31,416 nt of DNA from Cyanophora paradoxa CCMP329 (lineage: Eukaryota; Plantae; Glaucophyta). The stretch is taken from assembly GCA_004431415.1 (NCBI GenBank), contig QPMI01000372.1, positions 1-31,416 of the forward strand, written 5' to 3'. A program made the position numbers and the translations under genes. Under the pieces are notes generated by a model. The model searched no databases. It was not told the origin of the DNA and saw nothing but the letters and a program-made list of their open reading frames with translations. This document shows, one piece after another, positions 18,749 through 30,780 of the stretch (positions within the stretch are counted from its first letter, which is position 1; each line of letters opens with the position of its first letter).

Positions 18749-21700
18749 ATGAGTGCGATGGAGCGCGACACGCTCGCGCACTACCTGCTCGTTGTCGGCG
18801 TGCGGGACTTCGCCGAGCCGCTGCATTCGAAGTACCAGAGTGCGTGTTGCGCGCCGCACGCCCGCGGCACGCTAGCTAAGGGCGCGCGGCAGTCACAAAG
18901 TTCAACGACATCTTCGCCGTGCCCTTCAAGCCGCAGCTCTTGGAGCGCGTGCCGAGGAAGGACAGGAGCGACGTGCCGCTGAACACGGCCAGCGTTCCCT
19001 CCGTGCGCCGCCCGGCCTGCCCGGAGGTGCGCGCCGCGGGCCTGCCGCTCATGCGGCCCCCGCGCGGCGCAGTTCTGCTTCCCGCGGGGCCTGTACTTCG
19101 CGCGGGACGGTGACCTGCCGGCGCCGACGTTCCACACGTTCGTCATGACGGCGGCCGACGCGAATGCGACGCGGATCCACGGGGCGGCGCTCGTGTTCTA
19201 CGAGCCCGTCTACCGCCCCATCGACATCGAGATCGGCTCCCTCGTCGACCCCCCGCCCGAGCGCAAGGGCTCCTCCGCCGTCCGCACCGCCTCGCCGCCC
19301 CCGCCGCCCCCGCCCGACGCCGGCGGGGCGCGCAGGGGGCCGGCTCGGGGGCCCTCTCGCCGGCGCGCCCGCAGCAGCGCTCGCTGATGCCCGGCGTGAG
19401 CGCCCCGGCGGGGAGCCCGTCCCGCGGCAGCGCCCTCGCGGGGGCCGCGGGGACGGTGCGCATTCCGACGGGGGGCGCGTTCGTGCCGAAGTGCTTGTGC
19501 GTGGTGTCGCGGCACGGGATGTACAACACCTTCCGGAGCTTCCTCGCCCAGCTCCTGCGCCTCGTCAAGTCCAAGGCGCCCCTCCCCATCGAGCGGTGCG
19601 CCCCGCCCCGCGCGCCCCGCCGCCCCCGCGCTGGGCGCCGAGGCCCCGCGCCTGCAGGTACATCGCTAACTTCCTGGGGGAGGTGCCGCTGCCGCCGCGC
19701 GGCCTCGTCGTCGTCCGCCACGTCCTCGGCGACAAGGCCCGCCCCGCCCCGCCCCCTTTCCCCGCCCGCCTGACGAGCCCCCCGCGCCCCCGCAGATCCT
19801 CTCCATCTCCCGCTCCCCCGCCAACGACTTCCCCCCCGCCGACGCCCGCCCCCCTCCCCTCCCCGCCCGCCCCTCCCTCCGCCGCGCCTGACGAGGGCAG
19901 GGGGGGCGCAGTTCTCGTTCCGGCCCCTCTTCCAGGCGCTGGACTGCCGGAACGTGGCGCTGCTCTTCCGCTGCGTCCTCCTCGAGCGCCGCGTCGTCCT
20001 CTCCTCGCGCCGCCTCCAGCTCGCCGCCTGCGTCGCCGACGCCCTCACGTACCTGATGTTCCCGTTCCGCTGGCACCACCTCTACATCCCCGTCCTCCCC
20101 GGCGACCTCGACCAGTTCCTCTCCGCCCCCATGCCCTTCATCATCGGGGTGCACCCCTTCAGCATCCCCCCGGGGCCCAAGCCGCCCCACGTCGTCTGGG
20201 CCGACCTCGACAACAACCTCGTCGAGACCCCCGGGGCGGTCCCCGCACTGCCCGAGCCGCAGGGCGCCGCGCTGCGGGAGGCGCTGCGGCAGCACGCGGC
20301 GCTCTTCGAGCCGGAGCACCCCGAGCTCGAGTGCATCGACTACGCCTACTCGCGCGACTCGGCCTTCCAGCCCCGCCCCATCCGCGCCTTCTCCGCCGGC
20401 CTCCGCCCCGTCGCCGGCACCCCGCTGGTGCCGGCCGAGGAGCCCTCGCTGCTGCGCTCGTTCTTCTCGGGGGGCGAGGCCGGGGGGTCGGTGCGCGCCG
20501 GCGGCATCCCCCAGCACTTCCCGACGGGGGAGGGGTACTACATCTCGCCGGACTCGAAGGGCCCCGTCTTCCCCGGCCACTCGGAGTCGGAGGGGGACGG
20601 GCGCGGCCTCAACCTCCCCGCCGTCAAGCGCGCCTTCCTCCACTTCTTCGTCTCCCTCCTCGCCCCCTACCGCCAGTTCATGCGCCCCGCCCGCCCCGCC
20701 CCCAAGGAGGGCGAGGAGGAGGAGAGCGACGGGGAGGATGAGGAGCACTTCGCGCGGCGGGCCTTCCTCGCGCAGCACTCGCCCCAGGCGCAGCCCTTCC
20801 TCGCCCAGTTCCTGGAGACGCAGGCGTGGCAGGAGTTCGTGGAGGAGCGGGCGCGGGGCGGGGCGGACGCGCACGAGGCCGCCTTCTTCGACGCCCACGT
20901 CGCCGCCCACCTCGAGTCCCTGGCCCGCCCCCCCCGCCCCCGCCCCGCCCCCGCCCCCGAGCCCCGCCCCGCTGAGGCGGCGGGGGCAGGGGGCCGCCTC
21001 GGCGTTCTCCCTGCGGCCCTTCGCGCGCCCCTTCCTCGCGGACGCGGAGCAGTTCGGCTTCCGCGGCGTGCACGTGACCCCGGACCCCGACCCCTCCCAC
21101 GTCCACCCCAGTGCGCCCTCCCCTCCTCGCCGGCGGCGCGGCGCGGCGGCTGAGGCCCCGCCGCAGACGAGTACTTCGAGTACAGCCGCTTCCCCGCGCT
21201 GCAGGACTCGCGCCTCCCGGGGCCCCGCCCGGGGGCCCTCCCCGCGTGGCCCCCGCTGCCCCCGGCCCCCGCCATCCGGGTGCCCACGCTGGAGCTCGCG
21301 CGCGTCCCCTCCCCGCCCCCCTCGAGCAGCAGCCGCTCCTCCTCGCCGGCCCCCTCGGGGCGCTCCTTCGGGGAGGAGGCGCTCTCGGCGCTCGAGCGCG
21401 TGCTGGAGGCCCTCGGCGTCGGCGTCGGGCGCGACGAGAAGGACGAGCGCGGCCCCGGCGACGAGGAGGAGAGGGGGCCGCCGCCCCTCCGCAGCCCCGC
21501 CTCGGCCCCCGACCTCCTCCACCTCCCCCCGCGCGGGCCCGCCGGCTCGCCCCCGCCCGCCTCGCCCCTCCCCGAGCGGACGCGGCCCCTCTCCGCCTCC
21601 CACTCCTCCCTCGGCCTCTCCTCCTCGCCCCGCCGCCCCGCGCCCGTCCCGGCGGCGGGGAGCCCGCACCGGGCGCCCCTCCAGCTCTCCCTCATCTCCC

Positions 21701-23105
21701 CCACCGCCTCCCACGCCCCCCGCGCCCGCTCCGGCGCGCCCCCGCCCGCCCTCTTCTCCCTCGCCGGCCCCGGCCCGGCCCCGCCGGCGCCGCCGGCCCC
21801 CGGGCGCGCCGGCGCGGGCGGCGTCGCCGGCGGTGGCGACGCTGACGCAATTCTTCTCGAGCAAGTTCCGCCCGCGGGAGCAGCAGGGCGAGGCGACGCG
21901 CATCCAGGCCGCCTGGCGCGCCTACCGCGTCCGCCGCGCCTGCGTCCGCCCGCCCCGCCCGCCCGCCCCCGCCGCCCGCCGCGGGGCCCGACGGGGCGCG
22001 CAGGAGGTGCACTGGGCGGCGCGCTGCTCGGCGAGCGCGGTGCAGGCGCCGTCGTGGCGGCGGCTGCTGGGCCTGCAGGCGGCGTGCGCGTGCCGCATCC
22101 AGGCGGCCCTCCGGCGGCACCTGGCGGGGCACGTGGCGCGCGTGCTCGTGCGGCAGCGCGTGCAGGTGCTCCTGCGCGAGGGCCTCGTCCCCGGCTGGGC
22201 CCAGGCCTCCATGCCCCTCATCCACCGCTCCCGGCCCGCCCCGCCCCGCCCCGCCCCGCCCCGCGAGGCGCGGCGGCTGAGGGCAGGGGCGGGGGCAGGG
22301 TGTTCGAGCGGCACTGCACGCGGCCCTCGTGGGGCTCCCTCGTCGCCCTCAAGAACGAGCTCGACACGCTGCGGCGCTACCTCGTCCACCTCAGCCCCAC
22401 CGCCCCCGGGCCCGCCGGCATCGTCCGCAAGGAGCGCCAGCACGTGCGCCCGCCCCGCCCCGCGCCCCCGGCCCGGGTGACGCCCCCGGGGCCAGATCGC
22501 GGAGGTCGTGCGCAAGTGCCTGACGTCGACGGACATCGCACGGCTGCAGTCCTCCCTCCGCGTCTCCACCCACTCCCGCAAGGTGCGCCCCCGCGGGAGC
22601 GGGGGGCGGGGGGCGGCGGCTCAGGGCGGGCGTGGGCAGGCGGGCCCGCTGGACGCGCACGCGGCGATCGCGGAGCGGGTGTGGGAGGACGAGCGCTCGG
22701 CCGACGACTCCGCCCGCCTCGTCTTCCTCACCGGCACCTACGTCCGCCCCCCCCGCCCCGCGCCCTCCCCTCCCCCCGCCCAACCCGCCCACCCCGCGCG
22801 CCCCGCAGATCGCTCTCGAGCGGGGGCTCGTGCTGGGCGATGTGCGGGGGCCCCATCCCCCCCGCCCCGCCCCCGGGCCCCCGCTGACGGGCCGCAGACG
22901 CGCTCGGAGCTGATGGCGCGGTACGGGGTCCAGGGGGGGACGAAGCGGAAGCGGCAGCTGGTGCGCAACCTCTGGAACTCGAACCCCGCCAAGACCCAGC
23001 GCATCCTCGCCGAGGTGCCCCCGCCCCCCACCTCCCCCCGCCCCCGCCCCCGCCCTCGTGACGCGCCGGCAGCTCGGCACCCGCGGCTTCACCGTCCTCG
23101 ACTAG
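18749..23105 (+). CDS. DENN-domain Rab GEF-like protein with IQ motifs and a NACK/kinesin-7 C-terminal-like segment
   Basis: uDENN: HYLLVVG...[10 protein letters not shown]...FCFPRG...FHTFVMT...HGAALVFYE. cDENN: [11 protein letters not shown]...[28 protein letters not shown]...[15 protein letters not shown]...[10 protein letters not shown]...VVWADLDNN. dDENN: [16 protein letters not shown]...[16 protein letters not shown] motifs [15 protein letters not shown] and [13 protein letters not shown]. Stop TAG 23103-23105. Confidence 0.9.
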
Positions 23106-23470
23106 CCCCGGGGCCTCCGGCTCCCCGGCCAGCCCGCCCTCCTCCCGCCCCGTCGCCGGCCCGGCCCCTGCACGCCTCTCCCGCTTCCGATGTTCGCGAA
23201 CCACTTTTGCCGCCTGTCGCTTCGAATTCTCCTCCCTGGACGCGCCTCTGCGGCCGTAGGCAGAAGAGCTTCTGGCTGGGGAGAACTGAGAGCGCGAAAT
23301 GTGGCACGTGCGCGTGCCACGGTGCCGCGGGAGCGCAGCTAGCGCTGGCAGATCTAGTTCTAGAGCGGGGAGAGGTCACTCTCGTCCCTCACGGGCTTCA
23401 AGCTTCAAGCTCGAGGACCCGCCGCCCCGGGGGCTGCCAGGGGCCCCACGGCCACCGTTGACTCTCGCAG

Positions 23471-23575
23471 CTTACGAACTTCGGAAGTCCGAAGGCCCTC
23501 ACGAACTTAAAAAAGCTTCGGAAGTCCGAAGGCCCTCACGACCCCTTACGAACTTCGGAAGTCCGAAGGCCCTCA
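23471..23575. repeat. Three-copy tandem repeat (37-bp period) with an internal palindrome
   Basis: TTCGGAAGTCCGAAGGCCCTCA occurs at 23480, 23517 and 23554. Its core TTCGGA-AG-TCCGAA is an interrupted palindrome. Confidence 0.85.
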
Positions 23576-24365
23576 TGATCAGGCCCTGAGGGCCGCCCGG
23601 GCCCGGCGGCCTGAGACTTGCCAATGATTCAAGGCCCTGCCAGGCTGAGGCCTGCCGCAGTGCCGGCCGGCGGGGGGCCCGCGGCCCCCGGCCCGCCGCC
23701 ACGCCGGCGCCGGCCTTCAAGCTTCAAGGGCCGGGGGCTTCGCATTTGAGCCTCGGACCCGAGTTCCGAAGTTCGAGTCGACGTCCGGTCTCATGATCAG
23801 CCTGGCAGGCCTCACTGAGTCAGCCGCTGAGCCCTGGCAGGGCCTCCGCAGGCGGGGCGCCGGCTTGGAACTACGAGGCTCCTCAGGGCCTGACTCAGTG
23901 ATCCGAGGACTCGATCAGTGCACCGCGTGGCACGCGGTTGAGTGATCATGAGTGCTGTGGCCCCCCATCCTCTCCCCCCACCCTAGATTTGATCTGATCT
24001 GATGTATATTCATTTTCAATAAAACAGGGGGCGCTGCACATGCGTCCTCTGACAACAGTGAAGTAGAAGCATGAGAAGAAATGTATACAGGTACTTAATG
24101 ATACAATACCAGATGGTACTCTGTGCAGGTAGAATGAAACCACAAATGCGAAGGACAAATAGCGTCTGAGTCTACCACCATACGGCTACCATAGTATGCA
24201 AAGCAAAGCGATCTGAGCGGTATTAAACGACCCGATGCATATGGTTCCTAGCTATGTAGACTGTCATGTAGGTCTAGCCTGCCTGCCTGCCTGCGTGCGG
24301 GCGAGAGCGACCGGGGCCGAGGGGGGCGGGAGAAAGGGCGGGTGCGAGCAGCGGGGCCGGCGGGG

Positions 24366-27300
24366 CTACGAGGGGTGGACCTTGCCCTTGTGGAGGGCGA
24401 GGGACTTGGAGGGCTCGCGGGAGGCGCGGGAGCCGCGGGAGACGCCCGTGCGCGCCGTCGCGTTCGTCTCCCGGTCGAGGTCCTCGTCGAACTCCTCGTC
24501 GGCCTTCTTCGCGAGCTTGCGCTGGATCGCCGCCGCCTCGTCCTGGAACGAGTCGGCGTTGAGGTAGTAGGCGTGCAGGGCCGGCACGGCGAGGACGAGC
24601 TCGCGCGGGATCTGCACGAGCAGCTGCGACGCCCGCGACGTCTCCGCCCGCAGCCGCCGCACCATCGGCCGGAACAGCATGACTGCGCGCGCGCCCCGCG
24701 GCGTCAGCCAAGGCGCGCGAGGCGGGGGGGGGGGGGGGGGGGGCGGGCGCACTGTAGAGGAAGAGGAGGAGGAGGCAGGTGATGGCGAGGATGCAGCCCT
24801 CGATGATGATGACGCGCTTCACGTTCTCCTCCAGCTCCGAGACGTACAGCGTCGCCGACTGGAAGAGCCCGTCGTCCAGGTCCGACGCGTCGATCTGCAG
24901 CAGCAGCCGCAGCGCCGCCGACGGCACGCACGACGCGTCCGCGCACTCCAGCCGCCGCTGCGGCGGCGCCGAGGCCGAGACCGCGGCGACGGCCGCCGCC
25001 GTCGCGTTGGCGGCGGCGGCTGCTGCGGCCGCGGCGGCGGAGGCGGCGGAGATGGCGGCCGGCTGGAGCTCGAGGACGGCGGTCTTGGCGAGCTCGATGT
25101 AGGCGTAGATGAGGTTGTCGAGGCCGTTGGAGACCATCTCAACGTCGTCGACACGGTCCGGGGTGCACTGCGCGCGGTCCACGCGGAGGCAGCCGGGGCG
25201 GAAGAGGAGCTCGTCCTGGGCCCGGTAGCGCCCGTTCGAGCCCGACAGCAGGAGGCTCTCGTTGCCGAACTTGAGGCTCTGGTGCACCCAGCGCAGCTCG
25301 TCCGCCGCCGCCAGCACGCCCCGCGCCAGCTCCGCCCGCCCCATCAGGTTCCCCTGCCCGCACCCCGCGTCAGCGGCGGGGGGCGGGGGCGGGCGGGGCG
25401 GGGCGGGGCGGGCGGACGTCGTCGATGTAGAGCTCGCGGGCGAGGAAGGCGACGGCGCGGGCGAGGTAGCGGCGCTTGCCGGCGTTGTTGATCTCCGCGC
25501 TCGCCTGGTCCCCCGACGTGAGCGACTGCAGGCACACGATGAAGTTGACCAGCGCCAGGGCCCCGATCAGCACGAAGGCCGCCACGTAGCGCTTCGTGAG
25601 GGCCCCCAGGATGTCGATCTTGGCCGCCGCCGCCGCCGTCTTCTCCGCCTTGGTCGGCTCCTTCTTCTTCTCCTCCTCCTTCTTGATGGCGGGGAGGTCC
25701 TGCAGCGCCGACTTGGAGAGCTTCTGCATCGCCTTGAGGTCCGCCTCGATCGCCTTCTCCTCCGCCTTCTTCTGCGCCGCGATCGCCTTCTGCCGCTCCC
25801 GCTCCGTCTGCCGCGCCTTCTCCTTCTTCTCCTCCTCCCCCGCCACCTCGCCCCCGCCCACCGCCCCCGCCGCCGCCGCCGCAGCCGCCGCCGCCGCCGC
25901 CGCCGCCGCGCGCTTCTTCGCCTTGGGGTCGAGGGCCATGAGGGCGTCCGCGGTGAGGCGCCCGAAGGCCGGCGCCGGCGCTGCGGCGGCGGGGCCGGCG
26001 GCGAGGCGCCGGGCGGTCATGCCGCCGTTGCCGCGCGCCGACGGGAGCGGCATCGCGAAGTGGCGCGTCGAGACGTTGGGGCCCCGCGCGAGGGCAGCGG
26101 CACGTCGTCGGCGCCGGCGCCGGCGCTCCCGAGGGAGCGCGGGCTGGAGAAGGAGGAGGCGCCGGCGTTGCTGCCGCCGGCCCACGCCGAGGTTGGCGCG
26201 TGCGTCGCGCGGCCCGTCTCCAGCGGCGGCCGCCCCGTCTCGGGCGCCGCCCGCGCCGACGTGGCGCCGACCTGCTCCAGGCTCCCCATCGAGGCCGGCC
26301 GCCCCTCGCCGCCCCGCAGGCGGGCGAGGTGCAGCGGGAGGGTCTTCTTGCCGCCCGTCGGCGTGCGGGGCGGGGTCTCGGAGCCGACGAGGCTGGCCTT
26401 GCGGCGGACGCGGTTGGGCCCTCGCCGCTGCTCACCGAGCCGACGCCGGCCGACTCCTCCGACGCCGCCTTCTCCCGCCGCGCCCGCGCCGCTCCGCCAT
26501 CACCGCCCGTCCGTCGCCGCCCCGCATCCTCCTCCTCCTCCGCGTCCGCCGCCCTCCGCCGCAGCTTGCGCCCGCCCTTGCTGCTCGCGGCCTTGCGGCT
26601 GCGGGGCGTGCGGGCCTCCTCCTCGGCGCCGCCGGCGACCTCGTAGGCGTGGCGGCGGGGCCGGCGGCGGCCGCGGCGTCGCGGCGGATGCGGCGGGGCC
26701 GCCCCCGCGGCTCCTCCTCGCCCTCGGTGGCGTCACCGCCTCGCGGGCCGCCAGCTCGATCCCGAGGCCTCGGCGTCGCCGCCCCCCGCCCGCTCCACCT
26801 CGATCGCCAGGTACGAGCCGACGCGCCCCGGCACCCCGCCCCTCCGCCTCCGGCGCTCCTCCTCCTCCTCGCCGCCGCCGTTGAGGACCATGCGGATGGG
26901 GGCGGCGCCGCGCCGGCCGCCTCCGCCTCGCCTCGTGGCGGCGGTGGCCGCGGCGGCGCCGGGCGGGCTCGCGCTCGAGGGCCGGCTCCCGCTCCGCCGC
27001 GCCCCGCGCTCTCGCTCCGCCGCACCTTGCGCCCGCGCTCCGCCCGCTGCGGCCGGAGCGGCCGGAGCGGCGGTCGTCGGCGTCGAGGCCCGACTCGCCG
27101 TCGGGGTCGCTGGCGCCGCGGCGGCCGCGCCCGCGGCCCTTGCCGGGCCCCTTGTGGCCGCGCTTGACGGCGCCCTGGACGGCCTCGGCGAGGGCCTTCT
27201 TGATGTCCTCGCCCGCCGCCGCCGCGTCGGGCACCGAGAACTTGATGGAGCGCCGCCGGTTCTCCCCCGGCACCGAGGCCCGCGGGTTCTCCCCCTCCGC

Positions 27301-30300
27301 CCCGGCCCCGCCCTCGCTCCCCAGCTCGCTCTCCCCCTCGCCCTCCTCCCCGCTCTCCTCGTCCGTCGACGCGTTCTTGTCGATCAGCTGCGCCGGGGCC
27401 GGTCAGAGAGGGCGGGGAGGGGGCGGGGGGGAGGGGAGGGGGCGGGCCTTGGTGCGAATGTAGTAGCGGGCGACCTCGCGGATGACGGGGCGGGGGATGG
27501 AGAGGAGGATGTCGTCGACGCCGCGCATGACGCGCCGGACCTTGCGGAAGGCCGGCTGGAAGATGCCGAGCGCCAGCACGAAGAGGAGGAGGATCGAGGC
27601 GCCCAGCACGGCCCCCAGGATCCCCTTGGAGAACTTGGTCGTCAAGTACACCTCCTTCTCGTACAGGTCGCACGCCGTCCGGAAGGCCTCCAGCACGGGG
27701 CCCAGCGCGTTGTCGAACACGTACCGGAAGTTGCGGTCCGTGTCCGGCACCCGCTGCGAGCGCGCGCGGGTGAGCGCGTGGGCCCCCGGGGGGCGGGCAG
27801 GGGCGGGGCGGGGCGGGGAGGGGCGCACAAGCTTGTCGGGGTCGGTGTGGGCGAGCTTGCGGAGGCGGACGCGGTAGGAGTTGCCGAGGTCCCAGAGGTT
27901 CATGACGACGTCGCGGTACATGGGGTGCAGCGCCGAGGGGAAGTAGTCCCGGACGGAGATCTGCGAGGTCTTCCAGTAAAACTTGACGATGTCCTTGGTG
28001 GAGGCCTTGACGCCGTCGGGGAAGCCGAAGTAGAGGCCCAGGTGGTCGTACTGGAACTCGTCCATCTTCGCCGTCAGCAGCTCCGCCGCCGCCGCCGCCG
28101 CCGCCGTGTGGTTGCTGTACGCGTGCAGCTGCAGCGTCCGCGCGTACTGCGCCGCCGTGACGACGATGCGGCGCTGGAAGCTGACGGAGCGGGCGCGCTC
28201 GATGGCGGCGTTGAACTCGGCGAAGATGACCTGCACGGCGACGAACATGGCGATGGCGCAGCCGACGAGGAGCAGCAGGCCGACGGTGACGCCCCACGAG
28301 AGGCGCGAGACGGCCGACTCGTCGCGGACGGCGAGCACGAGGTCGCGCCTCTGCGCCTTCTTCAGGTTGTTCAGCGCCGAGGCCGACGAGGCCGACGACT
28401 GCGACTGCGACGCCGACTGCGAGACCGACTCGGAGACGCTCCCCGTGAGGTGCTCCGAGCGGCGCCCGTTCTCCCCGCCGTCCTCGCGGCCCTCGCCGCG
28501 CTGCTTGGCCTGCGCCTCCTGCTCCTCGACGTCGTCGGCGCGGGCGAACTGGACGATGGCCGCCTCGGGCTGGTTCTTGACGTCCTGGAGGAAGGTCCCG
28601 TAGGCGCGCAGCAGGACCTTGGAGTGGGGGAACTTGGAGAGGAGCGTCCGGTAGTTCGTTTCCGCCCCCGACTTGAGCTCCTCGATCGCCGCCAGCCGCG
28701 CCGGCGCCTCCTCCAGCAGCGCCTGCCGCCCCGTCGGCTGCGCCGGCCGCAGCGCCGCCGGGGCGGGGCGGGGCGGGGCGCACGACGGCGCCGGGGGAGT
28801 TGAGGTCCTTGCGGTGGAGGCCGCGCCAGAAGCCGCGCAGGAGCACGAGCGCCTGGTTGTGGTGCTCCTTCGCCTGCTCGTACATCCGGCTGAACTCCAG
28901 CGCTGCCCGCACCCGTCGGCCCCGCGCCGGCGCCGGCCGAGGCGGGCGGGGCGGGGGCGGGGCGCACTGCGGAGGAACTCGCCGGCGCCGGCCTCGGCGC
29001 CGGCGGCCTGCTCGCGCTCCCACGTGCGGCGCATGCAGCTCAGCTGGAAGCGCAGGTCCACCACGGGGTTCTTCCGCCACGCCTGCTTCACCTGCCCGCC
29101 CGCCCCGCGCGTCGCGCCCTGCCCCGCCCCGCCCCGCCCCGCTCGGCCCGGCCCCGGCGCACCTCGATCATGGCGGTGAGGGGCGATTTCTTGTAGAACG
29201 AGACGAAGCGGCTGTGGCAGATCTGCACGTACGCTGCGCGCCGAGAAGCCGTCGTCAGGCGCCGCGCGCTGGGCTGGGAGGGGCGGGGCGGGGGGCGCCG
29301 CGGGCACCGGAGGAGGGGAACTGGGCGAGGGCGGCCTGGTAGATGCGGTCGGCGGCCTGGATGGCCTCCTCGGAGGCGTCGTGGCGCAGGAAGCGCGTCG
29401 AGACCTCCACCTCCATCGGCGTCCAGAACTTGGGCGTCTCCTCCGGCCGCTGGAACTTCTGCAGCTTCCAGAACCGCCGCCCTGCCACGCCCGCCCCGTC
29501 AGGAGGCCGGGGCCGGGGCCGGGGCGGAGAAGCCGCCAGCGAGGGCGCACGGGAGGCCTCGAAGCCGATGAAGAAGCCCGGGATGAGGAGGAACTGGGCG
29601 CCGTAGGTGGCGTAGGCGCGCCACGGGAAGGACTCGTCGTCCGTGTCCATGGGGACGAAGCAGAAGCCGGCGCCCATCGCCGCGTAGAGCATCGCCGACG
29701 AGGTCAGGCCCGAGCGCGTCCAGGCCAGCCAGGGGACGTAGATGTACTGCGAGACGGCGGTGTAGAGGAAGAGCGCGAGGAGGCCGATCGTGATGATCAG
29801 CGAGACGATCGTGTTGGGGGCCACGATGAAGTTGGTGACCCACACGAGGGCGAGCTGGGAGGCCATGAGGAGCACGTCCGGGCGGCCGTGGGCCCGCCCC
29901 GAGAGGGCCTTGGTGTCGGGGGCCGGCGAGTGCGCGAGCAGGGCGCAGGCGAGGCACTCGGGGACGAGCAGGACGACGAGCACGATGGCGACGGGGGCGT
30001 AGAGCATCCACGGGAACGTCCCGCACACGAAGAAGTTGCCCGCCTCGGCGCCCTCCCGCATCACGAGGCCGTCGGGCGAGGCCCGCCCCTCCATGCACTT
30101 GAGCACCCGCGAGAGCAGCTTCGCCGTCGGGATGAAGAGCCCGTACGAGAAGAGCCGGATCACGCTTCGCCACACCCCCGTCGGGATGTTCTTGAACGTC
30201 TCCCCCGTCTGCGCCGGCCCCGCCCCATCGGCCAGGCGCCGGCGCGGCGCGGCGGCGGTTCCACGGGGCGGCGCACGCGGGAGGAGTAGACGATGAACGC

Positions 30301-30780
30301 GCCGGCGACCTGGGTCGCGAGCACTAGTATCGTGAGCAGCCAGAAGACGAGCTTGAACTGCATCCGCATGGTCAGCGCCCGCGGCGGAGACGCGCGGAAA
30401 CGCGGGACGGGGACCTTGTCGAAGTCCGTCCCGATGATAAGCTGCGCAGTATCGAGATAATTACGTATCCATTCCGTGCTCTCCTTCGCGAAGCCTGTGT
30501 TCCCCATGGAGAGGATAGCTACTAGGTTAATGTAATCTGCGCCACGCGGATCAGCCGCCTGCCCGGGGGAGCGAGCGCAGCACACTATGGAGACTGCAAA
30601 CGTACCAATAAACATGTAAAGTGCCGTTAGAAAGTTGTGCTTGCTCCACGTTGCTCGAGCTCTTCGCTTGTCGTCCCGGGACTCCTGGCCGTATATGACG
30701 TAGAAGAACGCGAAAGCGGCCCCCTCGATCTTGGTCGACTGCAAGCCCTCGCTTTCCCGTAGCGAGCGCGTCCGGGACAT
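24366..30780 (-). CDS. TmcB/TmcC-like (tiny macrocysts) multi-pass membrane protein
   Basis: N-terminal multi-TM block (LFIPTAKLLSRVLKC, LSGRAHGRPDVL), then EVEVSTRFL...ADRIYQAALAQFPSS, DLRFQL, FWRGL, AETNYRTLLSKFPHSKVLLRAYGTFLQDVKN. Later TM pairs and the tail SLKFGN...NGLDNLI...FRPMVRRLRAETSRASQLLVQIP match the TmcB family layout. About 11 introns; several frameshifts in the low-complexity stretch around 26100-27050. Confidence 0.8.

Noticed and set aside
23471-23575. CRISPR-like look of the palindromic repeat
   Set aside because: Only three copies with 15-nt, partly related spacers, no cas genes and a eukaryotic context.
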